This document shows, piece after piece, positions 48,001-64,000 of a stretch of DNA of 64,000 bases. The notes below the pieces were generated by a model. The model ran no database searches. It was not told where the DNA came from and saw only the letters and a program-made list of their open reading frames with translations. The stretch's first letter is position 1; each line of letters begins with the position of its first letter. Origin of the DNA: Tubulanus polymorphus (taxonomy: Eukaryota; Animalia; Nemertea); contig NC_134026.1 in assembly GCF_964204645.1 (NCBI RefSeq), forward strand, positions 21,796,150-21,860,149. Direction: 5' to 3'. The translations under genes were made by a program, and so were the position numbers.

Positions 48001-51000
48001 GGCCCTGTCAGATTCAAGATGGCCGACTGGCAGCCATTGTTGTTCGCCAAAATCAGCACTTTTTACACATTTTTGAACTTTGTGAGGGAAATTTTGAAGA
48101 CACTTTGATCAATTACCTTGATCTTTCGGATATATGTGAATTCCCCCAGGGCCCATCAGCATAACAAAAATTGGGTCGATCGGATTCAAGATGGCCGTCC
48201 TATGACCTTTTTAGTGCCCAAAAACGTTAATTTTGGCCCAAATTCTGAGTCCTGTAGCTTCCTACTGGTTTATCATTTCTCATTGCAATTTGTGATAGGT
48301 ATTCTTTGGAAAGGGATGTTTTATACCTGGGACAGGTATTTTTCATCAGCCAATTATGACGCAATTGGCGGCCATCTTGGTGTCAGCAGTACTCATTCGT
48401 AAGTGGGAAAAAGTTTTTCCACATTATATTGATACCTAAGCGTATTTTGTTACCACAATCAGTTAGAAAGTTGCAGCTCATAACGTGTTCTATGATTGTG
48501 GTGAGTTTCGAGGTCATTGGTTTTTGTATATGGCCACCAGGGGGCGTTGAATAATGCAATATCTTAGTATTTCTATATTATATTCGTATCAATGCATATT
48601 TTGTAACCACAATCAATTGCAAAGTTGTAGCTCATGACATCATCTATGATTGTGGCAAGTTTTAAGGCCATTAGTTATTCTATATGGTCACCAGGGGGCG
48701 TTGAATAGTAGAATAACTTAGTATTTCCTTATTATATTGGTACCTAGGCATATTTTGTTACCATGATCAATTCCAAAGTTATAGTTCGTGACATGTTCTA
48801 TGATTGTGGTGAGTTTTTTAAGGTCATTGGGTTTTGAATATCGTCACCAGGGGGCGTTGAATAGTAGAATAACTTAGTATTTCCATATTTAAGTGGTAAC
48901 GAGGCATATTTTGTTATCACAATCAATTACAAAATCGTAGCTACTGACATGTTCTATGATTGTGGTGAGTTTCAAGGTCATTGGATTCTGTATATGGTCA
49001 CCAGGGGGCGTTGAATATTGAAATTGTTAGATTGTTGAGCATTTGGAACCACTTCCCAAGTGGGCATGGTGTCCCTGGACCCCTAGTTTACTATCATATG
49101 TTACATTTGAAAAACTGTTTGGTCACCTGGCAGCCTGGTCACAAAGGCAGCAGAACTCGTACTTTATCAACAGTGGCTATCTCAAGTCTGTGGCTATGCC
49201 AGCAGACCCATGCGCCCTCTGTGAACAGTAGGAGAGACTACAAACAATTTGGTAAATGGCCCGTGACATAATTTCCAGAATACATTTTCATTGGAAACCA
49301 CGCCCAAGCGATAAAACACGTCGAGATCCACCACCGGGCTAATTTTCAGGGCGACACACGCAGTAACGACGTAGCAGTTGGTACGACAATTCGGTATTAT
49401 TATATAAGATTATATAAGATTGGCAGCTAGTTTCATAAAATACGATCATTATCAATAGCTGTTTTGATTTGATAAGGAAAGTCTAGTTTTCAGCGAGAAA
49501 GTCAACAATTCAAATCAATTAAAAAAAGCAACCACGGAAGCCTTGGTTAGGACTGCTATTTCGTTTGTAATCACAATTGTGTTATCGGTATTCAATGACG
49601 TATTATTTTACTGCAGCAAGCAAAAAATCCGACAGATCTAGATATGTTGACAGAAGCTAGTAAATTAACCACAGCAGCGAATGCAATAAACGGCAACGAG
49701 CAGACTTCGTTACGTGGCGTAGCAGATAGCATGAGAAATGGGAATACGAATCAACTAGCCACTGCTAAAACGGCACTCGTAGGTGTTAAATAGGGCCGCA
49801 TTTTCGATGCAAACTACGAAAACAAATAAAATAGGATATTATTTAACATCTGTTCTTCTAATTTCATTCAAGGATGAATCTGTTTTTTTTTCCAGAGTGA
49901 CTTCATTCTATCAACTAAGGCCCTTAAAGATGTACTGGGAGATGTACCGGTAATTGCTACGTTAATGACATCATTCTTCAGTCGAAGAATTTTTGCACGT
50001 AAATGATGTTCAAAATCAAAACTTCACATTGTGTAAGATTCAAATGTGATATTTTTCAGACTGGCGTAGACCAGTCGAAGACAAAAATGACCAGTGCTGA
50101 GACCTATGTTCAAACCAATTCGAATGGGATCATAACAACAGTACGTTACGTTTAGCATTTCTCTTGGAGAAAGCTTCCTCGGGAGGTCTCATTCGTAATA
50201 GATATCTGTACGGTATACATAACGTCACACTTGATCTGTATTCTTCATCACCCTCCCCCGGCAGGGATTCGAACTTGATGCCACCAGCTTCGAATCCCTG
50301 CCGAGGGTGGATGGTATTCTTTAGTTCCGGGAATTAATAAGCCTGCAAAATGATACAGCAAATAAATTTATGATTAAGCCATTTGATCGGTAGTGTTGGT
50401 GCCTACTCCACGTGGTTTCTGTCACTAGCAAATCGTTAGAATATATGACAACTTTGAATCCTTTTCTTTATGGTATTCGAGATGTTTGACCCATTCAATC
50501 AATGTGTATGACCATGGATCTATAAACTAGATTAGTTTATATATGTCCATGGTATGACTTATGAGGTGTTTAATTTCAGGCGTTAACTGATATGGGAAAT
50601 AGAATTTCTGGTATTGTCGATAGCTACGTCAAACAAGCCTTAACAACAATGAATGAGAAATTAGGTGCCTGTACTCCTCTGTACAACGTTTGGGTTGCAA
50701 TAGCCGACCTTGCGTTGTGTAGATACATAATCAGTTCCCTGGTAAGAAATCAGGGCTATATTTTTAAAAATCTTAACCGTGCCCAAATTAGAGAACAAAC
50801 TTGAATGTTTCCTTTCTAAATATTCCTAGTTAAGCAATCTTTGCATGATAATCCCTGGTTTCATTTATGGAATCCAGGTAATAATGCCAGAGGAAAAATC
50901 ACACCATAGGTAAAAATGCCAGAAGGAAATATGAGGGAAATTAAGCGAAGAATTTATTAACATTGGACCTGATATTCTTATTTATACTAGATTTTACGTA

Positions 51001-52276
51001 ATGATCATAAATTCCTATGATCATAAAAATTAAAAAATGAATGACAAATTTATAGAATAAAGAGAATCACAAATTTATAAAATAAAGTCCGACATAGCGA
51101 GAAATTCATTAAAACTATTGATATTCTGATTTGCACAAGATGATATTAAGATTCAAGATATTTCTAGATCATTGGAAATTAAAAAATTAATGCACATATT
51201 CTTATATAATTGAAATAAAAAAGCGAACATAGTCATGATATACATGTAAAACGCTTTTCTAAATTGATGAATATTAACAAATAAATGCACAGAGTTTGAG
51301 TTAACATATTGAATACACAGTTCAGATAAAGCAGATTTCTAGGTATAATAATAGGTATAATAATTAAAATCAAAAAGTGTTCGACGAGTTAGTTTGCTGT
51401 AATTCATAACATCTAAGCAACAATTTGATGAATTGTTTATAAATTTTGATACACTTGTTTCTTGAATCGATTTACCCTTCTGGCATTATTTCCTCTGGCA
51501 TTTTTACATCCCGGGCATTTTTACTACTGGCATTATTACCTATGGCATTTTTACCTCTGGCATCATTGCCGCGTACCTCATTAATGATGTACGGTACATT
51601 TAGATTTTTTTCAAGGGAATTTATCACAAAGATGAGCCGACACTTCTGGGATCACTAAAATACATTAACGTTTATCTGAATAGGCCTACATAAAAGAATT
51701 GTTAAGCGCGAATCTACCAAATTTTTATTAAAGCTTTCCTTTTTCGTTTTGAAGAATTCATTTTGGTTCTGTCTTGGCTGGGCCACGTTCATGATGATTC
51801 CGAGTATGATTCTGTCAGTGAAACTAGCTGCCTACTTCAGAAAAATGGAATCTTGCAGCGGATTTGACGACACGTAAGTTTCGTGTCTACAGATGGTGCG
51901 TCCTTATGTTCGTTCCATCTCTAGATTCAAAATCCCTATTTACCGAAATTTATGAATCACTGAATATACAAAATCTTATCTCCCAAGAAGCCGTATAGAT
52001 AATCAAAAAAGATTATTTCACACCGAATACTTATTCATTTCAGGGATGAAATAGCAATGTATACGTAAGTAGATATATCGAATTGCCGATTTCATTATCT
52101 AAATCACACGGGTTCGGTTATCATTTTGTAATCTTATGTCATGAATTCATACACTGCAGGAAATGAATTACTAAAATTCACTCGGTGGCATTAATACATT
52201 AATGGTAAATTAATCATACATTAATATCATTTGATTTTCTAGCCAATCAGCACCGCCGACGAAATTGGGAAAGTAA
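42068..52276 (+). CDS. Prominin family (PROM1/CD133-like) pentaspan membrane glycoprotein, multi-exon
   Basis: Signal peptide plus [19 protein letters not shown]1 followed by the Cys-rich motif [21 protein letters not shown] (~43288-43497). TM3 WYGMLGLGG...GCC...[12 protein letters not shown]. Late exons [17 protein letters not shown] and [31 protein letters not shown]. Short terminal exons; TAA at 52274-52276. Confidence 0.92.
46217..46387. mobile_element. Small MITE, copy 2, in a prominin intron
   Basis: Collinear with 38611-38773 including both TIRs. Confidence 0.8.
47813..49088 (+). mobile_element. Helentron-associated non-autonomous element (HINE/DINE-1/pearl-like) with an internal ~155-bp tandem array
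   Basis: Sits in T-rich flanks. Subterminal IR CCCACTTGGGA (~47820) / TCCCAAGTGGG (~49054); hairpin GGGACTTTAGTCCC; (GTCC)n microsatellite at 47866-47893; about 4 units of ACCAGGGGGCGTTGAATA at ~48536, 48690, 48846, 49000; 3' end GTCCCTGGACCCCTAGTTT. Confidence 0.8.
50869..51577. mobile_element. Mutator/foldback-like MITE with ~15-bp subterminal repeats
   Basis: GGTAA(A/T)AATGCCAGA repeats on the left and inverted TGGCATT(T/A)TTACC repeats on the right; flanks TCATTTAT(G)/TCATTAAT(G) suggest an 8-9-bp TSD. Confidence 0.65.
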
Positions 52277-52855
52277 GTGCAGTGTTGTGGAATCCAAATC
52301 TTTCGTTACTTCCACCTGTGACTTATCAACGTATCTTCGGCCAGCTTCGTGCTTCGAATTTTGCAAATTTTTCACAAGCTATATAATCGATACCAAAACG
52401 TCTTCTATCTTTTGTGATCTCATTTTTAGTGTCCGACAGTTATACACTGTATTTGGTTTCATTCTCTCCCCCGAACGAAAACCTTAGACTAATATATATA
52501 TTCTACATTCCCCACATTCCTAAGCTATGCCCTTACCATCTTCTACCCTGGCCCTGCTTGGTGTGTTCAGTCCTCGCTACTTCCCTTCTACTTCTCTAGA
52601 CCTAACCTCCCACCCTAACCTAACACAGCATAAAATGTCGGATTGACGTTTTGCTAGTGTATGTATATATACTGTGTTCCTGTATTGGTTTATTTGATGA
52701 TAAAATTCAATACGGCAAAAAACCTAACGTCCCAATATGATTTGATACAGGTTACTCCGCCACTTACACTTTTATAGAAGTCAAATATTCCCTTTTTAGT
52801 AATGTTTATTTTCACGATGGTTATCCCACATCTAATAGTACACGTAGTTACTATG

Positions 52856-53429
52856 AGGCCACACAAAGAAATACCCTAGTTTCTCCAGAAAGTCAAAATG
52901 CCGCCCGCGTCATAAAAAAAGTCCCTAATAAAAATTAAAAAGAAAAATTGCGCACATCGGCAAAGCATCGATCGTCTTTTTTGAAATAAAAATTAAAACC
53001 CGCTCACCCGCATAGCTGTATAGTGCACGACAGTGGGTTTTTTTCTGGGGACATTTATATGCTCATCCTCGACGTACTGGTAATCCACATTCACGGTGAC
53101 GAAAACAGCGCCAGGTTCGTTTCCTTTTACTTCATTTCGAGGAAGCGTGAAAATAGCGAAAATGATTGTCTCAGTTCCGATTGAATGAGTCGATATAGTT
53201 TGATCTTATAGGTTTTGGGCGCTACTTAATTCTAAATAAAGTTTTTTGCATAGCTGGTATTTGTTTGGCATTGGTAAAAAAACTTCCCGCGCCTGTTCTA
53301 TAAGTCTCAGGTTGAGTTTTTTATTTCAACTTATTTATTTGAAAAAGCAATGAAAATAAAATTCGCTCGCTCTCGCCACTTTCCAGAAAAAAATCTGATG
53401 AGAAAATATGGTATATCTTTGTGTGGCCT
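52856..53429. mobile_element. MITE, probably PIF/Harbinger-type
   Basis: AGGCCACACAAAGA ... TCTTTGTGTGGCCT inverted termini. Confidence 0.65.
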
Positions 53430-55225
53430 AGTAGCTCTTGATTACTTTCCCACTAACTCCCACTTGGTAACTTGAGCCACTCTTAGTGCGCGCTCAAGCG
53501 CCCATTTAGTGTGCGCAACAGTGCACCATTACCTCACTAACTCATCCTACTATTGGCTCAACAGCAGCAACCTCTTTGCAATAGACTGACGCATGCATTT
53601 TTGCAGATATCTTTTTACTCGTTCATCGATCGTGAATGAAATATGTTACATTTACAGGAAAAACAAAGTTAAGCCTATGAACGAACAGTGGTAGAAGAAA
53701 TTGTCGACCATTTTGAAGATTATGAGCTGTGATATATATTACAATACTCGATGAAAAAATATTTTCCGGTTTCCATCCGTCCGACGAAGGCAGAGTTATA
53801 TATTTTTGCAACCCTATTTCCAACGTCTTTCAAAACGTTCTTAAGATGAGAAAGCCCCATATTTCAAGTAAAGAGGACAAACGGGGTCTCTGGACGTTGC
53901 CGTTTTCGCAAGATACACGTCGACACGATTTTCGGGCTGGTGCAAATTCAACATTTATCTTATCTTCGTTGAAATTGTATGTAGAGCTGTCCTTGTGTAA
54001 CATCTAGCTTCGAGGAGATTTCAAGCTACCTACAAAAATCAAATGTGTCCTTTGTGTTCATTAATGGGTGATTTACCCTATCTTTTTCATCTTAGAAATC
54101 ATGAATCCGCCCGTTATCCCAAATTTAGTTGGTTCGAATTCCTGAAATATTTACAGTACACATACGTCGGATCACTTGGGACCGCCATTTTTGGTCCGAC
54201 TTATGCGTATTCCGATTTCGCGCGTATTCGAAAAATTTGCTATGTTTCATACGAGAAGTTATGCGTACATACTATTTTTTTATTTTTTTTTAAATTCTTT
54301 TTAAGAATGGATAGAACATTTTCAATTAGAATTAGTAAATACATTCAAACGATGTGTCAGTGTGTGCGTCGCGCGCGCGAATCTGCCGGCCAAAAGGGCA
54401 AGTCAGCTTCAAGCCAATCGGTGTAAACTTGGAGTAACTCCCAAGGTGTAAATGACAGCGGCATGTCAAAACGTGTGCTACAGCCAAATCATCTGCAATG
54501 GAAGGACATGGAACGACACCTGATATTTTGTAATCCGCTCTTCTAAAGTATATTCTACAAGCGTAGAGGTACATTGTACTACCATCGACTTAGTTTAGAG
54601 GCAATAATCCCATTTACTTGTATATTTTTATGACATGTTGTGATTTATTGTGGAAATGAAATTATCATTATAATAATCGCTTGGCAATAACTTAAAAATG
54701 AATCAGATCAGTATCAGTAACTTGTATCTTTTACCGACACTCAATGATTAATGAAGCTTTTGCGCCTATGCGTTAGATACCAGTTAAGACGGATCTTGAA
54801 ATATTTGATCCGAGTTGTACATAAGAAAATACACTACAATTTCTCAATTGGACCGAGATATTTTATCCGAGTCCGACTTAGTCGTATATTTTACTTTTTC
54901 AAGATTATGTATGGAATATCAAACTGTAGTCCAGAGAGTATGATAAATGAGTGAATGAAAAGGAAATTTTTTTTTGCAAGGCTGGATATCCGATGTCTTT
55001 GATTGCTTTTTCGTCCGTTGGGCAAGGGGAGGGGGTTAGTGCAGGGCCGAATTTAGTGAGTTGCCCCCGTCCCAGAAATTTCGGAAACTGAAAATTTTGC
55101 AGCTTTGCGTGGACGTCTTACGCCACGGTGTTACGTTTATTCGTTCAAATTTCCGTACATGTACATGTATTCGCATTTACACACATGTACACTCTATACA
55201 TCATACAAGCATCTAACGCCTAGTA

Positions 55226-55296
55226 GAACTAGGGTCCAGGGACACCATATCTACATGAACTTGGTAAAATACTTGATGATCTGACAATTTCAATAT
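55226..55296 (-). mobile_element. 3' end fragment of the HINE-like family
   Basis: AACTAGGGTCCAGGGACACCAT is the reverse complement of ~49066-49088. Confidence 0.55.
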
Positions 55297-55440
55297 ATTA
55301 GAATATGTTTGTCTTTCAGAATCGTGTTCTGATAATACATCTACATGTTCTTCTGTCTTCAGAATAAATGTTCAGCACATGTCCATATTTGATATATTGT
55401 TGATCAGTAATTTGTTGATTTCTATCTTTGCCGATGTTTA

Positions 55441-57166
55441 TCAAGTAGGAAGATCAACTGACAAGACGTCCTTTTCGCACACTGATTTTGCTACATCTGT
55501 ACAATAGTCCTAGCAACAGTAAAAACAAAACTGTCAGATTGAGAACATTAAACAGATTTTCAATCGAATTGAGAAAAAAAAACAGCAATTCACTGTACCT
55601 CTAAAAATACAGTTGCCAGGTTACTCAGCCTCTTGTTCGATGATTGTTGGAATTTCATCATGACTTGTACAACAGCCGGTGATGTAATTGCTTAAAAATC
55701 ATGTAAGCAATAACGGGTGTTACTTAAACTTGCACTACTAAAACGAAGACCGAAGACATATGTACTTTGCCAGACTAAAACTATTCATGACTAAAACGAA
55801 GACCTATGCACTCATTAGAAATCATCACTAGGGGCGCTATCTGTGTATTCAACCACCTCTGTCGATGAGTGTAGGTAATACTAGAAATAAACAAACACAA
55901 TGAAACGTAAAATGGTCGGTTATTTTTCTCGGATCTTCGTTTTAGTAGTGCATAGTTTTAGTAACACCCAAGCAATAACTAATATCTGAATCTTATTGAA
56001 TAATTCCGCATATAGAGAATCAATGAACAGATCAGTGTTAGGTGCCAAGAAATTAATGACGGGTTTAACTAGTTTATTGAGAAATTCACATACTGCAGCC
56101 TGCCGTCGTATTAATCCAATAAGATATGATCATACCATTGCATACTGTACATACCTGCTTTTGACTCAGCTGTCACCAGAAACATCAATGTACTTATCGC
56201 ATTCAATACAGTTTCAACATTAGAGCTTGAAATAAATTTGTCAACAGTAATTAAATGTCTCAAGTATGCCAAAAGATGGGTTAAAGCCCTGTACTGTCCC
56301 TCATGTTGTTTATTGGCTATTTGATCAAGTTGTACGAAAAATAATTGACATTAAATACTTACTTAGACAAACATGTGGTTATCTTCTGTATAGCATCTTT
56401 ATTCAGAATCAGTAACTTGTTATCTTTATCTAAAAGGTTATTAGAATACGGCGATTAAAAGAATTAACCTCAGATAGTCTAAGAGGAAACTTCAGCAGTT
56501 GCGACCTTTACAGTTTGATGAATAGCCTTGAAATCTCTATACCACACAAGTCTATCTGTGCAAAATTCTGATGAAAGGACAAACCTAATGATAGATTACA
56601 AAGACCAGCCATGGCAAATTCTATTAGTTTCTCATCTTCTGCATCTAAAGTGTCTACAAAATTTAAAAAGAAAATCTATGTGACCAATTTGATTATCAAA
56701 ATCACTTAAATCACAAACTTTCAATCCAAATTAATCCATTCATCTTAAGCACTTTCATTGACGCACCGATAAATATCTGAATAACGTTCAGTCTCCTCAT
56801 GTAATCATAGTTAATCGGGTCATAAGCAAAATTAGCCAAATTTGCTAAAACTTGTCTCCTGGAGTCTGAAAAATGTACAAAAAGATATGGCATCATATGT
56901 GACATATTAATGAACATAAATGTATATACATCTGAACAGAATTACACCTTAGTGAATGCAAACTGCATGAGAAATGCAAGTGACTGCCAAGGATATCAAT
57001 AAAATTTGAATTCAATTGAAAAGACAGTCTGCGAGATTTTGACGTTTGGCGTACCCTTTTGATCGTGACAACTTCTGAATTCATCAACCAGTGACTTCAA
57101 ATAATTCGGCCTTCCGATTCCATGGGGACCAGTTTTCTTTTCGAGGTAATCTTTCGAATAATACAT
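55441..57166 (-). CDS. ARMC7: Armadillo repeat-containing protein 7
   Basis: [30 protein letters not shown]|...[26 protein letters not shown]|...[17 protein letters not shown]|...[13 protein letters not shown]|...[13 protein letters not shown]|DYC; ATG at 57166, TGA at 55441-55443. Confidence 0.92.
55715..55969. mobile_element. Mutator-like MITE with a 10-bp TSD in an ARMC7 intron
   Basis: AAGCAATAAC|GGGTGTTACTTAAACTTGCACTACTAAAACGAAGA ... TCTTCGTTTTAGTAGTGCATAGTTTTAGTAACACCC|AAGCAATAAC. Confidence 0.85.
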
Positions 57167-57805
57167 ACTTTTAAGAACAAATTTTGAACAATCGTTCGCC
57201 TTTTATTGTTTACAATCGGCTCCACAATACACTCTCACGCCACAGGGTATCGTATCGACCGCGAATCGCGAGCCCCGCCCGAGGATTCGAACCATTCCCG
57301 GTTTTAACCTGCGATAAACCTCTTATTGAATTTTTTTCAGAGCTGAATATTATTTTAAGCCCTGTAAGAGTGATTTTATTTGAATTAGATAATTAACTGA
57401 TCATTGAATAAATGGGGATTCGAACCTACTCTACTTCATGTTGTTGTTTTACACTTCCGGGTTCATGCGGAGGAAATGTTATCATCGTGTTTATTTAGTT
57501 TATAGACGGCGACCTTTCGCTCAAAAAGCTTCTAACACGCTCGCACTAGACTTTTTTCCTCAATCCTTGACGTTTGTTTTCAATTGCGAAGTCTTTAAGC
57601 TGACTTCGATTTGTTGCCATTCGCCGAAAATGACGAATTGATCATCGTTGTGCTTGTGCCGTGGTGAACTCGACGAAAATTAAATTCTGATATTTCGTCA
57701 TCTTGATTTTCTCGGTATTGAACATCGATGACATGTGATCACCTAGTGTGTTGGACCCAGTTATCCTATTAATGATCATTTCATCGCACTATAAACGCAG
57801 AAAAA
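57167..57805. promoter_or_regulatory. Putative bidirectional promoter between ARMC7 and AMPKalpha
   Basis: Divergent ATGs about 640 bp apart; CpG-richer than the flanks; ETS motif ACTTCCGG at ~57452; two GGATTCGAACC motifs. Confidence 0.5.
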
Positions 57806-63490
<5,685 letters not shown>

Positions 63491-64000
63491 AACAAAACAT
63501 GAAAATATTGCTTCAGTGTTGCCTGGTTAATATATATTATGTATATGTAGCTTTATAACTGTGCTAGGTTTGGAATTCTCACCACATCACGTGCTACATG
63601 TACAAGGCTTTTTTTATTAAGTGCGGTTGGCAAACACTCATTTTGCCTATTTGGGGCTCAATTGTAAAAAGCATATGTCCTTCCTACCTTCTGTCCGCCG
63701 TATTATTGTCGATCATGGAGTAAGTATAATGTTTGATTTTTATGATGAAAACTGTCTCAATAATTAACGTTAATTTATGAGTTCTGTATTTTCCGTTCAG
63801 AAAATTGTCTTCGAAAAAAATTTGCTAAGTTTAACTGAAAACAGATCTATTTATTCAATATTTATTGAGAAACTTTATAGAATTGTAAATAGGATATATA
63901 TAGTAAATATCTGTTGGAGCACAGGACCTAAACGATTGCTTTATGCCTCTTTTTGATGATTACACCTGTAATTTAAGGATGATGTACAGTGTACAGTGTA

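Overview
This is animal (invertebrate-like) genomic DNA: AT-rich, with compact GT-AG introns and no prokaryotic features. Six intron-containing host genes can be read by hand: an SH3BP2-like PH/proline-rich adaptor (-, runs off the left edge), CIAO1 (+), WDR11 (-), prominin (+), ARMC7 (-) and the AMPK catalytic alpha subunit (+). Two pairs are head-to-head (SH3BP2-like/CIAO1 and ARMC7/AMPKalpha). About 21 kb between WDR11 and prominin is a nested transposon block. It holds a 1.16-kb foldback element with an 8-bp TSD, a frameshifted divergent DDE transposase with a spindlin/Tudor-like tail, a frameshifted ZNF862-type hAT transposase, a long interrupted inverted repeat, MITEs and minisatellites. 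The two best leads are (i) tandem duplicated, frame-incompatible, probably mutually exclusive exons encoding the AMPK alpha-linker DF(Y/F)xASSPP segment, and (ii) the CACAGGGGCTCGT-ended transposon family whose transposase may carry a chromatin-reader domain. All calls come from manual reading and recalled family motifs; no searches were run.
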